DNA from: a virus
Virus record (IMG/VR): IMGVR_UViG_3300042478_002332
Reading direction: 5' to 3' (one strand)
DNA: 43,336 nt
The notes below the pieces were generated by a model. That model was given only the letters and a program-made list of their open reading frames with translations, made no database searches and was not told the origin of the DNA. Below, in pieces: positions 1 through 6,719 of this stretch. Position 1 is the stretch's first letter; each line of letters opens with the position of its first letter. A program made the position numbers and the translations under genes.

Positions 1-40
1 CAGTCGATGAGGCTGCCATGCTGCCTGTTCATGGCATTGC
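1..40. repeat. Terminal overlap: bases 1-40 are identical to 43297-43336. The contig closes on itself (circular or terminally redundant genome, unique length 43296 bp).
   Basis: Direct reading: cagtcgatgaggctgccatgctgcctgttcatggcattgc at both ends. An ORF reads in frame through the junction. Confidence 0.95.
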
Positions 41-109
41 AAAAAAACTCCTGCGAGTCGCGCAGCCCCGAGATAAGGTTGTCTCGCCGCTTAATTGCGT
101 TGTAGAGCA
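1..109 (-). CDS. N-terminal part of a hypothetical protein whose ORF crosses the circular junction and continues from 43296 down to 43131
   Basis: ATG at 109-107 preceded by ACAGGAGAATCGAA. It reads MLYNAIKRRDNLISGLRDSQEFFCNAMNRQHGSLIDW, in frame with the track ORF 43131..43328 once the 40-bp overlap is collapsed. Confidence 0.6.
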
Positions 110-357
110 TTTCGATTCTCCTGTTGTGTCATCCCGCAAACCACAGAACCACGCGATGCAGCGGACTGCGCCGCTGATCGCTGGCTGTCTCGCTCGATGG
201 TCGGCCCAGCCTCGCCTACATCAGCGACGGCGTCATCAGGAATCACCCAGCCGTAGCGTGTGTCCAGCCACACGCCGTCGCGCGTGTATCCGTAGCACAT
301 CGGCCCCTCCAGGCCATGGGTCGCTGCCGAGTCCTGCGGTGTCGTTGGATCACTCAT
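91..357 (-). CDS. hypothetical protein (88 aa)
   Basis: Track ORF. ATG 357 has GAGGA 5 nt upstream. It is tightly packed in the early operon. The 3' part contains the 37-bp repeat copy. Confidence 0.5.
   Translation of the reverse strand: MSDPTTPQDSAATHGLEGPMCYGYTRDGVWLDTRYGWVIPDDAVADVGEAGPTIERDSQRSAAQSAASRGSVVCGMTQQENRNALQRN
149..185 (-). repeat. 37-bp perfect direct repeat, copy 1 (copy 2 at 43085..43121). Folds as a bulged hairpin on the coding strand.
   Basis: ccacgcgatgcagcggactgcgccgctgatcgctggc is read at both sites. The minus strand gives GCGATCAGCGG-cgcagt-CCGCTGcATCGC. Confidence 0.9.
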
Positions 358-365
358 GCGTGTCC

Positions 366-584
366 TCAGCCTAGCCTCTTGAGTAGCCCCCGCAGCGTGT
401 CGGCCCTTTCATGCGCAGTCGCCGCCTCGTCGTCGGCAACGCACGCCGCAATTGCCTCCCGCTCCGTGTCGGTGAGCCGCAGGCGTGCGATCTCTGCCTC
501 CAGTTTCGCGACCTGGATCGCGCCGCTGGCGACAGCGTGCCGCAGCCAGTCGGCGGCGTCCACCGTATCCTGTGAGTCAGCCAT
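366..584 (-). CDS. hypothetical small protein (72 aa), paralogue of 577..840
   Basis: Start trimmed to ATG 584 (GGAGG 6 nt upstream, overlaps the upstream stop). Shares EIARLRLTD-ER-A...RGLL-R with its neighbour. Confidence 0.6.
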   Translation of the reverse strand: MADSQDTVDAADWLRHAVASGAIQVAKLEAEIARLRLTDTEREAIAACVADDEAATAHERADTLRGLLKRLG

Positions 585-840
585 TGCGGCCTCCAGTCCG
601 CTCCAACAGGCCGCGAAGCGTCCTCGCGACCCTCGCGCAGTCCTCGTCATCGTCGTTGTCCGCATACGACTCCGCAGCACACGCAACCGCCTGCCGCTCC
701 GCGTCGGTGAGTCGCAACCGCTCCACCTCCGCGTGCGCCGCCTGAAGTCGCAGCCTCGCTATCTCGGCGTCACCACGCAGATCATCCAGAATGATCTGGT
801 CGCTCATCTCGTCCGCTTGGCTTTTCTGTTGCTCACTCAT
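577..840 (-). CDS. hypothetical small protein (87 aa), paralogue of 366..584
   Basis: Track ORF with motif ERLRLTDAERQAV...ARTLRGLLERTG. The start overlaps the stop of the 49-aa ORF upstream (ATGAGTGA). Confidence 0.6.
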   Translation of the reverse strand: MSEQQKSQADEMSDQIILDDLRGDAEIARLRLQAAHAEVERLRLTDAERQAVACAAESYADNDDDEDCARVARTLRGLLERTGGRNG

Positions 841-982
841 TCCTCGCCTCCAAAGGTGTTCCGCACCATCCGCAAAAATGCGCGCAGGGAATGCAGCCGC
901 AGCGCAACCCGCTCAACAGCCCAACGCAAAAGGCCGCAAGCACGATCACAAAGGCCAGCGTGTAGCGTTCGCGGTTGCACAT
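833..982 (-). CDS. 49-aa Cys-rich hydrophobic micro-ORF, below the track cut-off
   Basis: Hand translation: MCNRERYTLAFVIVLAAFCVGLLSGLRCGCIPCAHFCGWCGTPLEARNE. GGGAAAAC lies before the ATG. The stop is coupled to the next start. Confidence 0.45.
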   Translation of the reverse strand: MCNRERYTLAFVIVLAAFCVGLLSGLRCGCIPCAHFCGWCGTPLEARNE

Positions 983-1063
983 CGTTTTCCCTAACGTTTC
1001 CCGCGAACCCTACCGCGGCGGCTGCGCAACCCCTCGCAACCGCCGCGGCGGGCCGCTCCCGGT

Positions 1064-1360
1064 TCAGTTCCCGTATCGAATGACCGCGTAATAACGACCG
1101 TTGGCGCCGCGCGACACGGCACGCTCACGGATCGTGTAGCGCCCGTAGTAGCAGCAATTGCGCAGGGCTTCCTGGGCCGTGCTGCCCATACCGATACCCT
1201 CGCGGCAGCCGCCGTTGCGTCCGCAATGGCGCAGGATGCCGGTTCGCGCCATTTCGTTCGCGGCATCCTGCGCGGTGAACACGTTCACGACCACGCGATC
1301 GGCAGCGAGCGCCGGCAAGCCGGCGACCGCGAGCATCGCTGAAAGAAAAATCCGTTTCAT
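1064..1360 (-). CDS. small secreted Cys-containing protein (98 aa)
   Basis: Start trimmed to ATG 1360 (GGAGGG upstream). The N-terminus MKRIFLSAMLAVAGLPALA-ADR looks like a signal peptide. Confidence 0.65.
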   Translation of the reverse strand: MKRIFLSAMLAVAGLPALAADRVVVNVFTAQDAANEMARTGILRHCGRNGGCREGIGMGSTAQEALRNCCYYGRYTIRERAVSRGANGRYYAVIRYGN

Positions 1361-1388
1361 TTTCTTACCCTCCGTGGAACGTTGCCGC

Positions 1389-1679
1389 CTAGCCGCGCCG
1401 GCTAGAGTTTTCGGCAACGTGTTTCATGTTGGCTTGCCGCTCAATGCGCGAGATTTCGCGCCGCAGATACCAAATTGCTTTTTCAAGGTCTTCGATTGCG
1501 GCCAACTGCGCATCGGCCGCGCCGTTGTCCTTCAGCCCGTGGCGCCAAACGTATTTCACAACGTTCGCCAAGTTTGCCGGCAGCCATTCGACAACGTCGA
1601 TGGCTTCGATGTGCCGGCCGCATTGCAGACACGCGCCGGGGAAACTGGTGTAGTGGGATGGATGGTCTACGTTGCTCAT
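1389..1679 (-). CDS. DUF3310-family phage protein
   Basis: MSNVDHPSHY...IEAIDVVE...NVVKYVWRHGLK...EDLEKAIWYLRREI matches the DUF3310 signature from memory. Start trimmed to ATG 1679, just after the upstream stop. Confidence 0.75.
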   Translation of the reverse strand: MSNVDHPSHYTSFPGACLQCGRHIEAIDVVEWLPANLANVVKYVWRHGLKDNGAADAQLAAIEDLEKAIWYLRREISRIERQANMKHVAENSSRRG

Positions 1680-1681
1680 GG

Positions 1682-2656
1682 TCAACCCTGCCCGCGGAGT
1701 TGCGCCGCCAATTTGCGTTTCGTGCGTTCGAATGCTGCCGCGTCTTCGCCCGTGAATTGTGCCGGCGGCGGGCGCTCGTCGCCCCCATGTCTGGCCGCGC
1801 CGCGCTTGGGCCGCGCGTAGTGATCGTTCGCGAGCCGATCCGCGAAGCCCTCGCCGCAAAATTGCGTCAGCGGCACGGGATCGGTGAAGAACTTCGCTTC
1901 CGCGAGTTTGGGAATGGCCGCGATGGCGGCATCCAGCCACCCAGGCTCCGCGAGCCGCTGCAACGCATTAGGCGGGGGCCGGCTGGAATCCCACCGCTGG
2001 CCCGCCCCAGCGTTCCACGCGGTTCGTAGACGATACCAGCGGGCTAGCGGGCCTTCGGGCGGGCCTTCCGTGGCTGCCCGTGGCTTGCCGGGGGATGGCG
2101 CAGCCTTTGGGGTGGTGGTGGTGGTGGCTGGAGCGGCTTGCCGCTCCTCCTCTACCTCCTCTCCTCTATCTCCTTTATTTCCTCTATTTAGTGTCTCACC
2201 ACCGTTACGGTTCGTAACGCTCCCGTAACGGTCATGCGTTACGGAAGCGTTACTACAGGGATTTGCCGGGGTTTTTGCGGTTTCTTCGCCGTTGTCGCCG
2301 CTTTCCCGCGCCCGATATTCCGACTGCCGGCGGGCATTTAATAGCCTAGCCTTCGCCGCTTTGCTAAATCGCGTATCCCACCCCGGCAGCGTAGCCCGCT
2401 CATTCTCTAAATCGAATTGCAGCCAGCCGACAGCCTCGACAGCCCGCCACCACTCCGCATCCCCACCGCACGCGAGCGCCATTAGTTCCGGCGTTGCGTC
2501 TAGCGTGCCGTCGCTGGAGTTGAGCGCGAACCATCCCCATAGCCGCCACAGGCGATAGACCACAACCTCACGCGGCAGCCCGGTTCGCGCGAGAAGTTTC
2601 AAAACCTCCGGTTTTGACTCTAGCGCGATATCGATCGGAATCCATTCCCCAGCCAT
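1682..2656 (-). CDS. putative replication protein (replisome-organiser-like N-terminus, low-complexity linker)
   Basis: 324-aa track ORF in the replication module. The N-terminal WIPIDIAL..KPEVLKL...LWRLWGW pattern is seen in phage replication initiators. Assignment is weak. Confidence 0.4.
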   Translation of the reverse strand: MAGEWIPIDIALESKPEVLKLLARTGLPREVVVYRLWRLWGWFALNSSDGTLDATPELMALACGGDAEWWRAVEAVGWLQFDLENERATLPGWDTRFSKAAKARLLNARRQSEYRARESGDNGEETAKTPANPCSNASVTHDRYGSVTNRNGGETLNRGNKGDRGEEVEEERQAAPATTTTTPKAAPSPGKPRAATEGPPEGPLARWYRLRTAWNAGAGQRWDSSRPPPNALQRLAEPGWLDAAIAAIPKLAEAKFFTDPVPLTQFCGEGFADRLANDHYARPKRGAARHGGDERPPPAQFTGEDAAAFERTKRKLAAQLRGQG

Positions 2657-2658
2657 GC

Positions 2659-3147
2659 CTATGCGCTCCTATGCAGTTCCGCGAACCACTCGCAATCAAA
2701 GACCCATGAATCAACCGCGTTACCGCTGCCGTCGCGGCTGCGATGCTGGTAGGTGTGCCGCTGCGCCTTGCCGTGGCGGATCGCGCGTTGTATGTCGCGA
2801 AGTGGCGCCACGCGGAGCGTGCGGTAATCGCCATAGTCAACGTCGAGAATCAACACGATATGCGGCCAGCGCTCCGCGTAGCGGGCAACGTCTTTGCAAT
2901 TGATCGTGACCGCAGACCGCGCGGGGATGCCGTACAACCGTTCGGCCGAATCAAACCGCGTGCGGATCGTCTTCAAGTCTGCGGGGCAGACGAAAAAGCA
3001 ATCGTGCGAATACTTGCAATCGGCCTTCGCTGGATTCGCGAACAGCGAACAGCCAGACGCAAAAGCCGGCCCCAGGAACGCGGCTTCGGCGCGTTCGCCT
3101 AGCCTGCACCATGCGGCCTTGTCTTCGTTATGTGGCTTCGCGTCCAT
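2659..3147 (-). CDS. hypothetical protein (162 aa), possible PD-(D/E)xK-type motif (D...DLK)
   Basis: Track ORF with tight coupling to both neighbours. The motif assignment is speculative. Confidence 0.5.
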   Translation of the reverse strand: MDAKPHNEDKAAWCRLGERAEAAFLGPAFASGCSLFANPAKADCKYSHDCFFVCPADLKTIRTRFDSAERLYGIPARSAVTINCKDVARYAERWPHIVLILDVDYGDYRTLRVAPLRDIQRAIRHGKAQRHTYQHRSRDGSGNAVDSWVFDCEWFAELHRSA

Positions 3148-3148
3148 G

Positions 3149-3340
3149 CTAGCCCTTTGCCCTGATGAACTCGCGTAGGAACTCTTTCCACGCCAACACG
3201 CGCCCGCTCGCAGCCCACGCTATGAATGCTTGTTCCGTGAGCGGGTCGCGCGTTTCTTCGTCGCGCCGCCGCCGATCCGCAAGCGCCGCCATTTCGCGGC
3301 GCCTGCGGTATTCGGCCGGCGTTAACCAATCGTCTGCCAC
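3149..3340 (-). CDS. hypothetical protein (63 aa, GTG start)
   Basis: The track ORF 3149..3481 overlaps the upstream gene heavily. It is trimmed to GTG 3340, so the overlap is 19 nt. Confidence 0.4.
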   Translation of the reverse strand: MADDWLTPAEYRRRREMAALADRRRRDEETRDPLTEQAFIAWAASGRVLAWKEFLREFIRAKG

Positions 3341-3747
3341 GGTTCCGCCTGACGCTTCGCGACGGTTTCCAGCGTGTCGCCAATGCGGCGCATTTCGAAC
3401 AGGATCGACCGCATCACCCCCAGCAAGGCGCCTTGATCGGCAGCCAGCGGCGCGGCTTCTTGCGTTGCCGCCTCGCGGCATTGCTCATCGCCGGCATCAA
3501 GATCAGCGGCAAGCAACGCGGCGGCTTGTTTCGCGTCAACGTACACGGGGCCGCACTTGTCGCTAGGCGTTCGCATCACCTTGCAGGCGCGGATGCGCTT
3601 TGTGCGCCATGCGTCTAGCAACAATTCATATTCAGGCGTTCCCGGCTTTCCAGAAACGCGCGTTCCGTAGTCCGCGAGCGGCACAAATCCGTGCGGAACG
3701 TCCGTAATACTGCCCACCACAAACTGCCGATTCGCTTCCTTGTCCAT
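3322..3747 (-). CDS. hypothetical protein (141 aa)
   Basis: Start trimmed to ATG 3747 (TAGGAG upstream): MDKEANRQFVVGSI... Confidence 0.55.
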   Translation of the reverse strand: MDKEANRQFVVGSITDVPHGFVPLADYGTRVSGKPGTPEYELLLDAWRTKRIRACKVMRTPSDKCGPVYVDAKQAAALLAADLDAGDEQCREAATQEAAPLAADQGALLGVMRSILFEMRRIGDTLETVAKRQAEPWQTIG

Positions 3748-3797
3748 TGCCACAACTCCTAAAAGAACCAACCCACAAGCCTCACACCGCGTGCGGC

Positions 3798-4031
3798 TCA
3801 ATCAATCAAATCCGACGAAATCGATTCCGAAACCTTTCCGTGGAACCGATACGAAAACAGCGTCTTTCCAGCCTGCCGCCGAAAGTGCAGCGCGTACCCA
3901 TACAACCGGCCGCGATGCGGCAGCGGGATCGACCGCGGAAACTTCGTGACGCCGCGAGCGTCAAACGTAGCCCCGCAAGCCGGCCCGCCGACGAACTCCG
4001 CGGGCGGCAGTTTCTTAGAACGGGATATCAT
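3798..4031 (-). CDS. hypothetical protein (77 aa)
   Basis: Track ORF. ATG 4031 overlaps the end of the upstream gene. Confidence 0.45.
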   Translation of the reverse strand: MISRSKKLPPAEFVGGPACGATFDARGVTKFPRSIPLPHRGRLYGYALHFRRQAGKTLFSYRFHGKVSESISSDLID

Positions 4032-4530
4032 CGCTTCCCCCTTCCCATGCGGGCTTTCCGCCGCGCTTCTTCGGCGCGGCCTTCGCTTCCTGCTTTGCAG
4101 CCGGCGGCGCGGCCTGCGGCATGATCCACCGCGATACGCTCGCGCGAACTTCGCCGGCCTTCGGCCCGTTTTGCACCGTGTAGGTGTTCGTTTCCACGCG
4201 GCAGGTTTTGCCGATCAACAGCGTTTCGTCCCAATCCGGTTCGCCACGCTGCGGCGGTTCCAGGCCGCAAGCCCGCGCGATCACTGCAATGCGGCGAATG
4301 TTCGTGATCGGAACCGTGACGAAAACTCGCTTCTTCGCGCCATCCTCCACGCAATCAAGCCAGATCGAAAGGCAGTCCCCGGTTGGGTTGTCATCGCTCA
4401 CGCGCCAGCCGGTTTGAATCGTGGCCTGTTCGATCGTGCCGTCATGCTCCCCAGGTGACAACGGCTCGCGGGCAACCGGAGGCGCTTCGTCCAATTCGTC
4501 GCTAGGAAACTTGTCCCAATCAATTCGCAT
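4015..4530 (-). CDS. SSB-like single-strand DNA-binding protein candidate (possibly DUF669-type)
   Basis: The C-terminus ...WEGGSDDIPF matches the acidic DDIPF tip of bacterial SSB. It sits next to the AAA_24 ATPase. Start trimmed to ATG 4530 (GGAGGT 8 nt upstream). Confidence 0.6.
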   Translation of the reverse strand: MRIDWDKFPSDELDEAPPVAREPLSPGEHDGTIEQATIQTGWRVSDDNPTGDCLSIWLDCVEDGAKKRVFVTVPITNIRRIAVIARACGLEPPQRGEPDWDETLLIGKTCRVETNTYTVQNGPKAGEVRASVSRWIMPQAAPPAAKQEAKAAPKKRGGKPAWEGGSDDIPF

Positions 4531-4720
4531 CGCTCTGTACCTCCGGTTGATGTCCATTGCCGATACGCACGATGCGATCGGCCTGCATTTCGTGTCGATC
4601 ACTCATCCCTGCCCCATAGCCCAGCGCGTAAGCCTTGCCTAGCGCGTAGTCGATGCTTATTTCCCCGGTTCGAACGTCTGCCGCAATCGCGGCGAGCGTG
4701 CTGGATTCGTTCGTGCTCAT
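4520..4720 (-). CDS. hypothetical protein (66 aa)
   Basis: Track ORF with an ATGA start/stop overlap with the ATPase gene. Confidence 0.5.
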   Translation of the reverse strand: MSTNESSTLAAIAADVRTGEISIDYALGKAYALGYGAGMSDRHEMQADRIVRIGNGHQPEVQSDAN

Positions 4721-5634
4721 GTTGTGACGGCTCCCAGTTCCTCGCGGCGGGCATCGATCGCGGCTTCGATCGTGGCCCGTTGATCCGCCGTTATTTCGCC
4801 GGCCGTTTGCCGTGCGGCAACCTTCGGCGCGAGCCGATCCAGGGCAGCCGCGGACGATGTAGCGATAGCCTGGAGCGTCGATTCGATCGACTGCGGCTTC
4901 GTTGCAACCTTCAGCGGCGGCGCGACGAACACGGGCGCCAGCGCCTCAATCGAAAGCGGCATTTCAGACGGCAAACCGAAACGATTCTTGGCATCGAATG
5001 ACGCGGAGCGTTCCGCGTACATGACGCGGCTTTTTCCGCCGATGCCCTTTTTCCTGCCGTCTTGCCCCTCGACTAGCCGCGTCTGGAACGACACGAACAA
5101 CAGCAAATCCGCCCACTCTTTGAACAGCGGTGCGCATTGCTTCGATAGTTTCAATTCGTAGCGATCGTACCCGTCTGTCTGATCCGGCGGGCTGCAACGC
5201 TTTACGCCAGCGTGCGCGATGAAAGCCACGTTCACGCCGCGCGCGATCAGATCGTCAGCCACGGCAATAAACTTTGCCATTCGTTCCGCGAGGAGCGTCC
5301 AGCCTTTGCCGAAGCCGAAATCCTCAATCGATTTCTTGTTGGCGTTGCGGACAATCATTTCGACCAGCGAGCGCTCTGCCCAATCGATCGAATCGATTAC
5401 CACCGTTTCGAAGCCCTGCGCATCGCGCACCAGTTCGTGCATTGCCGCCTCCACTTCCGCGAACGTCGCGCAATGCACGCGGGAAACGTCTAGATGGCGG
5501 CTGCCGTCTTCAACGTCTAGAAAAAGCGGCTTCGGAAACTGCGCGGCTAACGTTGTTTTTCCGCTGCCTTCGTCCCCGTAGACAACGATACGCGCGGCCG
5601 ACTTCTGAACCCCTCGCGAAATCTGCAATCCCAT
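4717..5634 (-). CDS. AAA_24 / Sak4-like RecA-fold ATPase (recombination)
   Basis: Walker A VVYGDEGSGKTT, Walker B VVIDSID, and ...KNRFGLP near the C-terminus. Start trimmed to ATG 5634 (AAGGAAAGGAAC upstream). Confidence 0.8.
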   Translation of the reverse strand: MGLQISRGVQKSAARIVVYGDEGSGKTTLAAQFPKPLFLDVEDGSRHLDVSRVHCATFAEVEAAMHELVRDAQGFETVVIDSIDWAERSLVEMIVRNANKKSIEDFGFGKGWTLLAERMAKFIAVADDLIARGVNVAFIAHAGVKRCSPPDQTDGYDRYELKLSKQCAPLFKEWADLLLFVSFQTRLVEGQDGRKKGIGGKSRVMYAERSASFDAKNRFGLPSEMPLSIEALAPVFVAPPLKVATKPQSIESTLQAIATSSAAALDRLAPKVAARQTAGEITADQRATIEAAIDARREELGAVTT

Positions 5635-5638
5635 TGCT

Positions 5639-5845
5639 CTAGTTCCTTTCCTTGGTTTCTTCGAACACTCGTTCCCCGTCCTCCCGCAGCATTGCCCGCC
5701 AAACTTCGCGCCGATGAATCGACACGCTATCCGGCGCTTCAATGCCGATCCGCACCGTATCGCCGGCTATGCCGCCGACTACAATCTCAACGTCTAGCCC
5801 CGGCAATACGATTGCCTCGCCTTCCCTGCGCCTAAGCCAAAGCAT
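5639..5845 (-). CDS. csrA: CsrA-family RNA-binding translational regulator homologue
   Basis: MLWLRRREGEAIVL...VEIVVGGIAGDTVRIGIEAPDSVSIHRREVW aligns by eye with the CsrA consensus ML.LtRr.GE.i.I......v....g..VriGi.AP..v.v.ReE. Confidence 0.85.
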   Translation of the reverse strand: MLWLRRREGEAIVLPGLDVEIVVGGIAGDTVRIGIEAPDSVSIHRREVWRAMLREDGERVFEETKERN

Positions 5846-5867
5846 CCGTTGCCCCTTCTTTTGCAGT

Positions 5868-5895
5868 GACCGGCGGCATTCCGTTGCCGCCGGTC
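5868..5895 (-). promoter_or_regulatory. 10-bp-stem hairpin with a GGA-containing loop in the csrA leader
   Basis: Minus strand: GACCGGCGGC-AACGGAAT-GCCGCCGGTC. Further GGA motifs lie at GGAGG upstream and ACGGATG at the start codon. Confidence 0.6.
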
Positions 5896-5913
5896 GCGTC
5901 AGCCTCCGTGCCG

Positions 5914-6306
5914 TCAGCCGCGATCCATCGCGGCGCCCCCGTCCGTTGGTTTGTCGCCGTCGATGAACAGCGCGAAGCCGCGCGAAACTCGCCGCGCCAT
6001 TACCTCAACCTTTGCCGGTGTTCCCGGCGCGGCATCCGTTGCCGGCGTGGCCTGCATGGCGCTATCGATCGAATCGTGAATCGACGTTAGTTCCCCAATG
6101 GCGACGATCAGCGCATCCGCGAGGATCGTTTGATCCCCGGCCAGCGCCCGCGCCCGCCATTCATTCGTGCCGCTCGCGCTCTTGCGTTCGCGACCATAAA
6201 GCCGAATGACGTTGCATAGGTGAGCGTGGACGCGCGACGTTCGCCGCAGCCATCCGGCAAGCCGCCGGCCGATCGTGGCCGATAGCCGCGTGCGGCGGTT
6301 CGTCAC
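5914..6306 (-). CDS. hypothetical protein (130 aa, GTG start coupled to the upstream stop)
   Basis: The C-terminal two-thirds of track ORF 5914..6576 look protein-like. GTGA overlaps the stop of 6303..6521. Confidence 0.45.
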   Translation of the reverse strand: MTNRRTRLSATIGRRLAGWLRRTSRVHAHLCNVIRLYGRERKSASGTNEWRARALAGDQTILADALIVAIGELTSIHDSIDSAMQATPATDAAPGTPAKVEVMARRVSRGFALFIDGDKPTDGGAAMDRG

Positions 6307-6521
6307 CTCCGCAACGCTGCCGCCGCTGCCCAATCCGAATCCGTCCAGCCGGCGCGGATCGCCTCGCAGCCCGCGCGTATTTCTTCGGGGCTTGGCGCCC
6401 ATGCGTTCATCTGCCGCGACAGCCCGCGCACCTCCTCGCGGCTTATCCCTAGCCGCTGCGCTATCTGCGCCGTTGTCTGCCCTGCGTCCAGCCATTCGCG
6501 CACCGTTTGCTCTATGTCCAT
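6303..6521 (-). CDS. small helix-turn-helix DNA-binding protein, first gene of the early operon
   Basis: MDIEQTVREWLDAGQTTAQIAQRLGISREEVRGLSRQM is a classic HTH pattern. Start trimmed to ATG 6521. Confidence 0.65.
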   Translation of the reverse strand: MDIEQTVREWLDAGQTTAQIAQRLGISREEVRGLSRQMNAWAPSPEEIRAGCEAIRAGWTDSDWAAAAALRR

Positions 6522-6622
6522 GCGCCCCCCAGTTGGCAACTAGGGCCGCGGCGCTGCGTCCGTGCGTAGCAATCATCCGCCAGCCCCGTCGATGGTTCCT
6601 GCCGTCGCTCCATGCGGCGGCG

Positions 6623-6664
6623 CGTTGAACAAATCGAAGCCAGCGACGGTTTCGACGTTCAACG
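6623..6664. promoter_or_regulatory. 42-bp nested inverted repeat in the divergent early control region
   Basis: CGTTGAAC-aaaTCGAAgccagcgacggTTTCGAc-GTTCAACG, between the HTH gene start (6521) and the methyltransferase start (6720). Confidence 0.6.
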
Positions 6665-6719
6665 TGGGGGGGATACTACGAACCATTGGAAACTACTGTC
6701 AAGAGGAGTTTTTGCATTT

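Noticed and set aside
316-1083. 255-aa plus-strand ORF across the early region
   Set aside because: It is antisense to four tightly coupled minus-strand genes. It is Ser/Arg/Ala-rich with no RBS.
5914-6576. 220-aa version of the ORF overlapping the HTH gene
   Set aside because: Its N-terminal 90 aa are an Arg/Ala/Gly-rich shadow of the HTH gene in another frame. It was split into an HTH gene (6303..6521) and a GTG-started 130-aa ORF (5914..6306).
6612-6719. Upstream start (6612) for the methyltransferase
   Set aside because: It would place the 42-bp palindrome and the likely promoter inside the coding sequence. ATG 6720 has an AGAGGAG RBS, and the conserved domain begins shortly after it.
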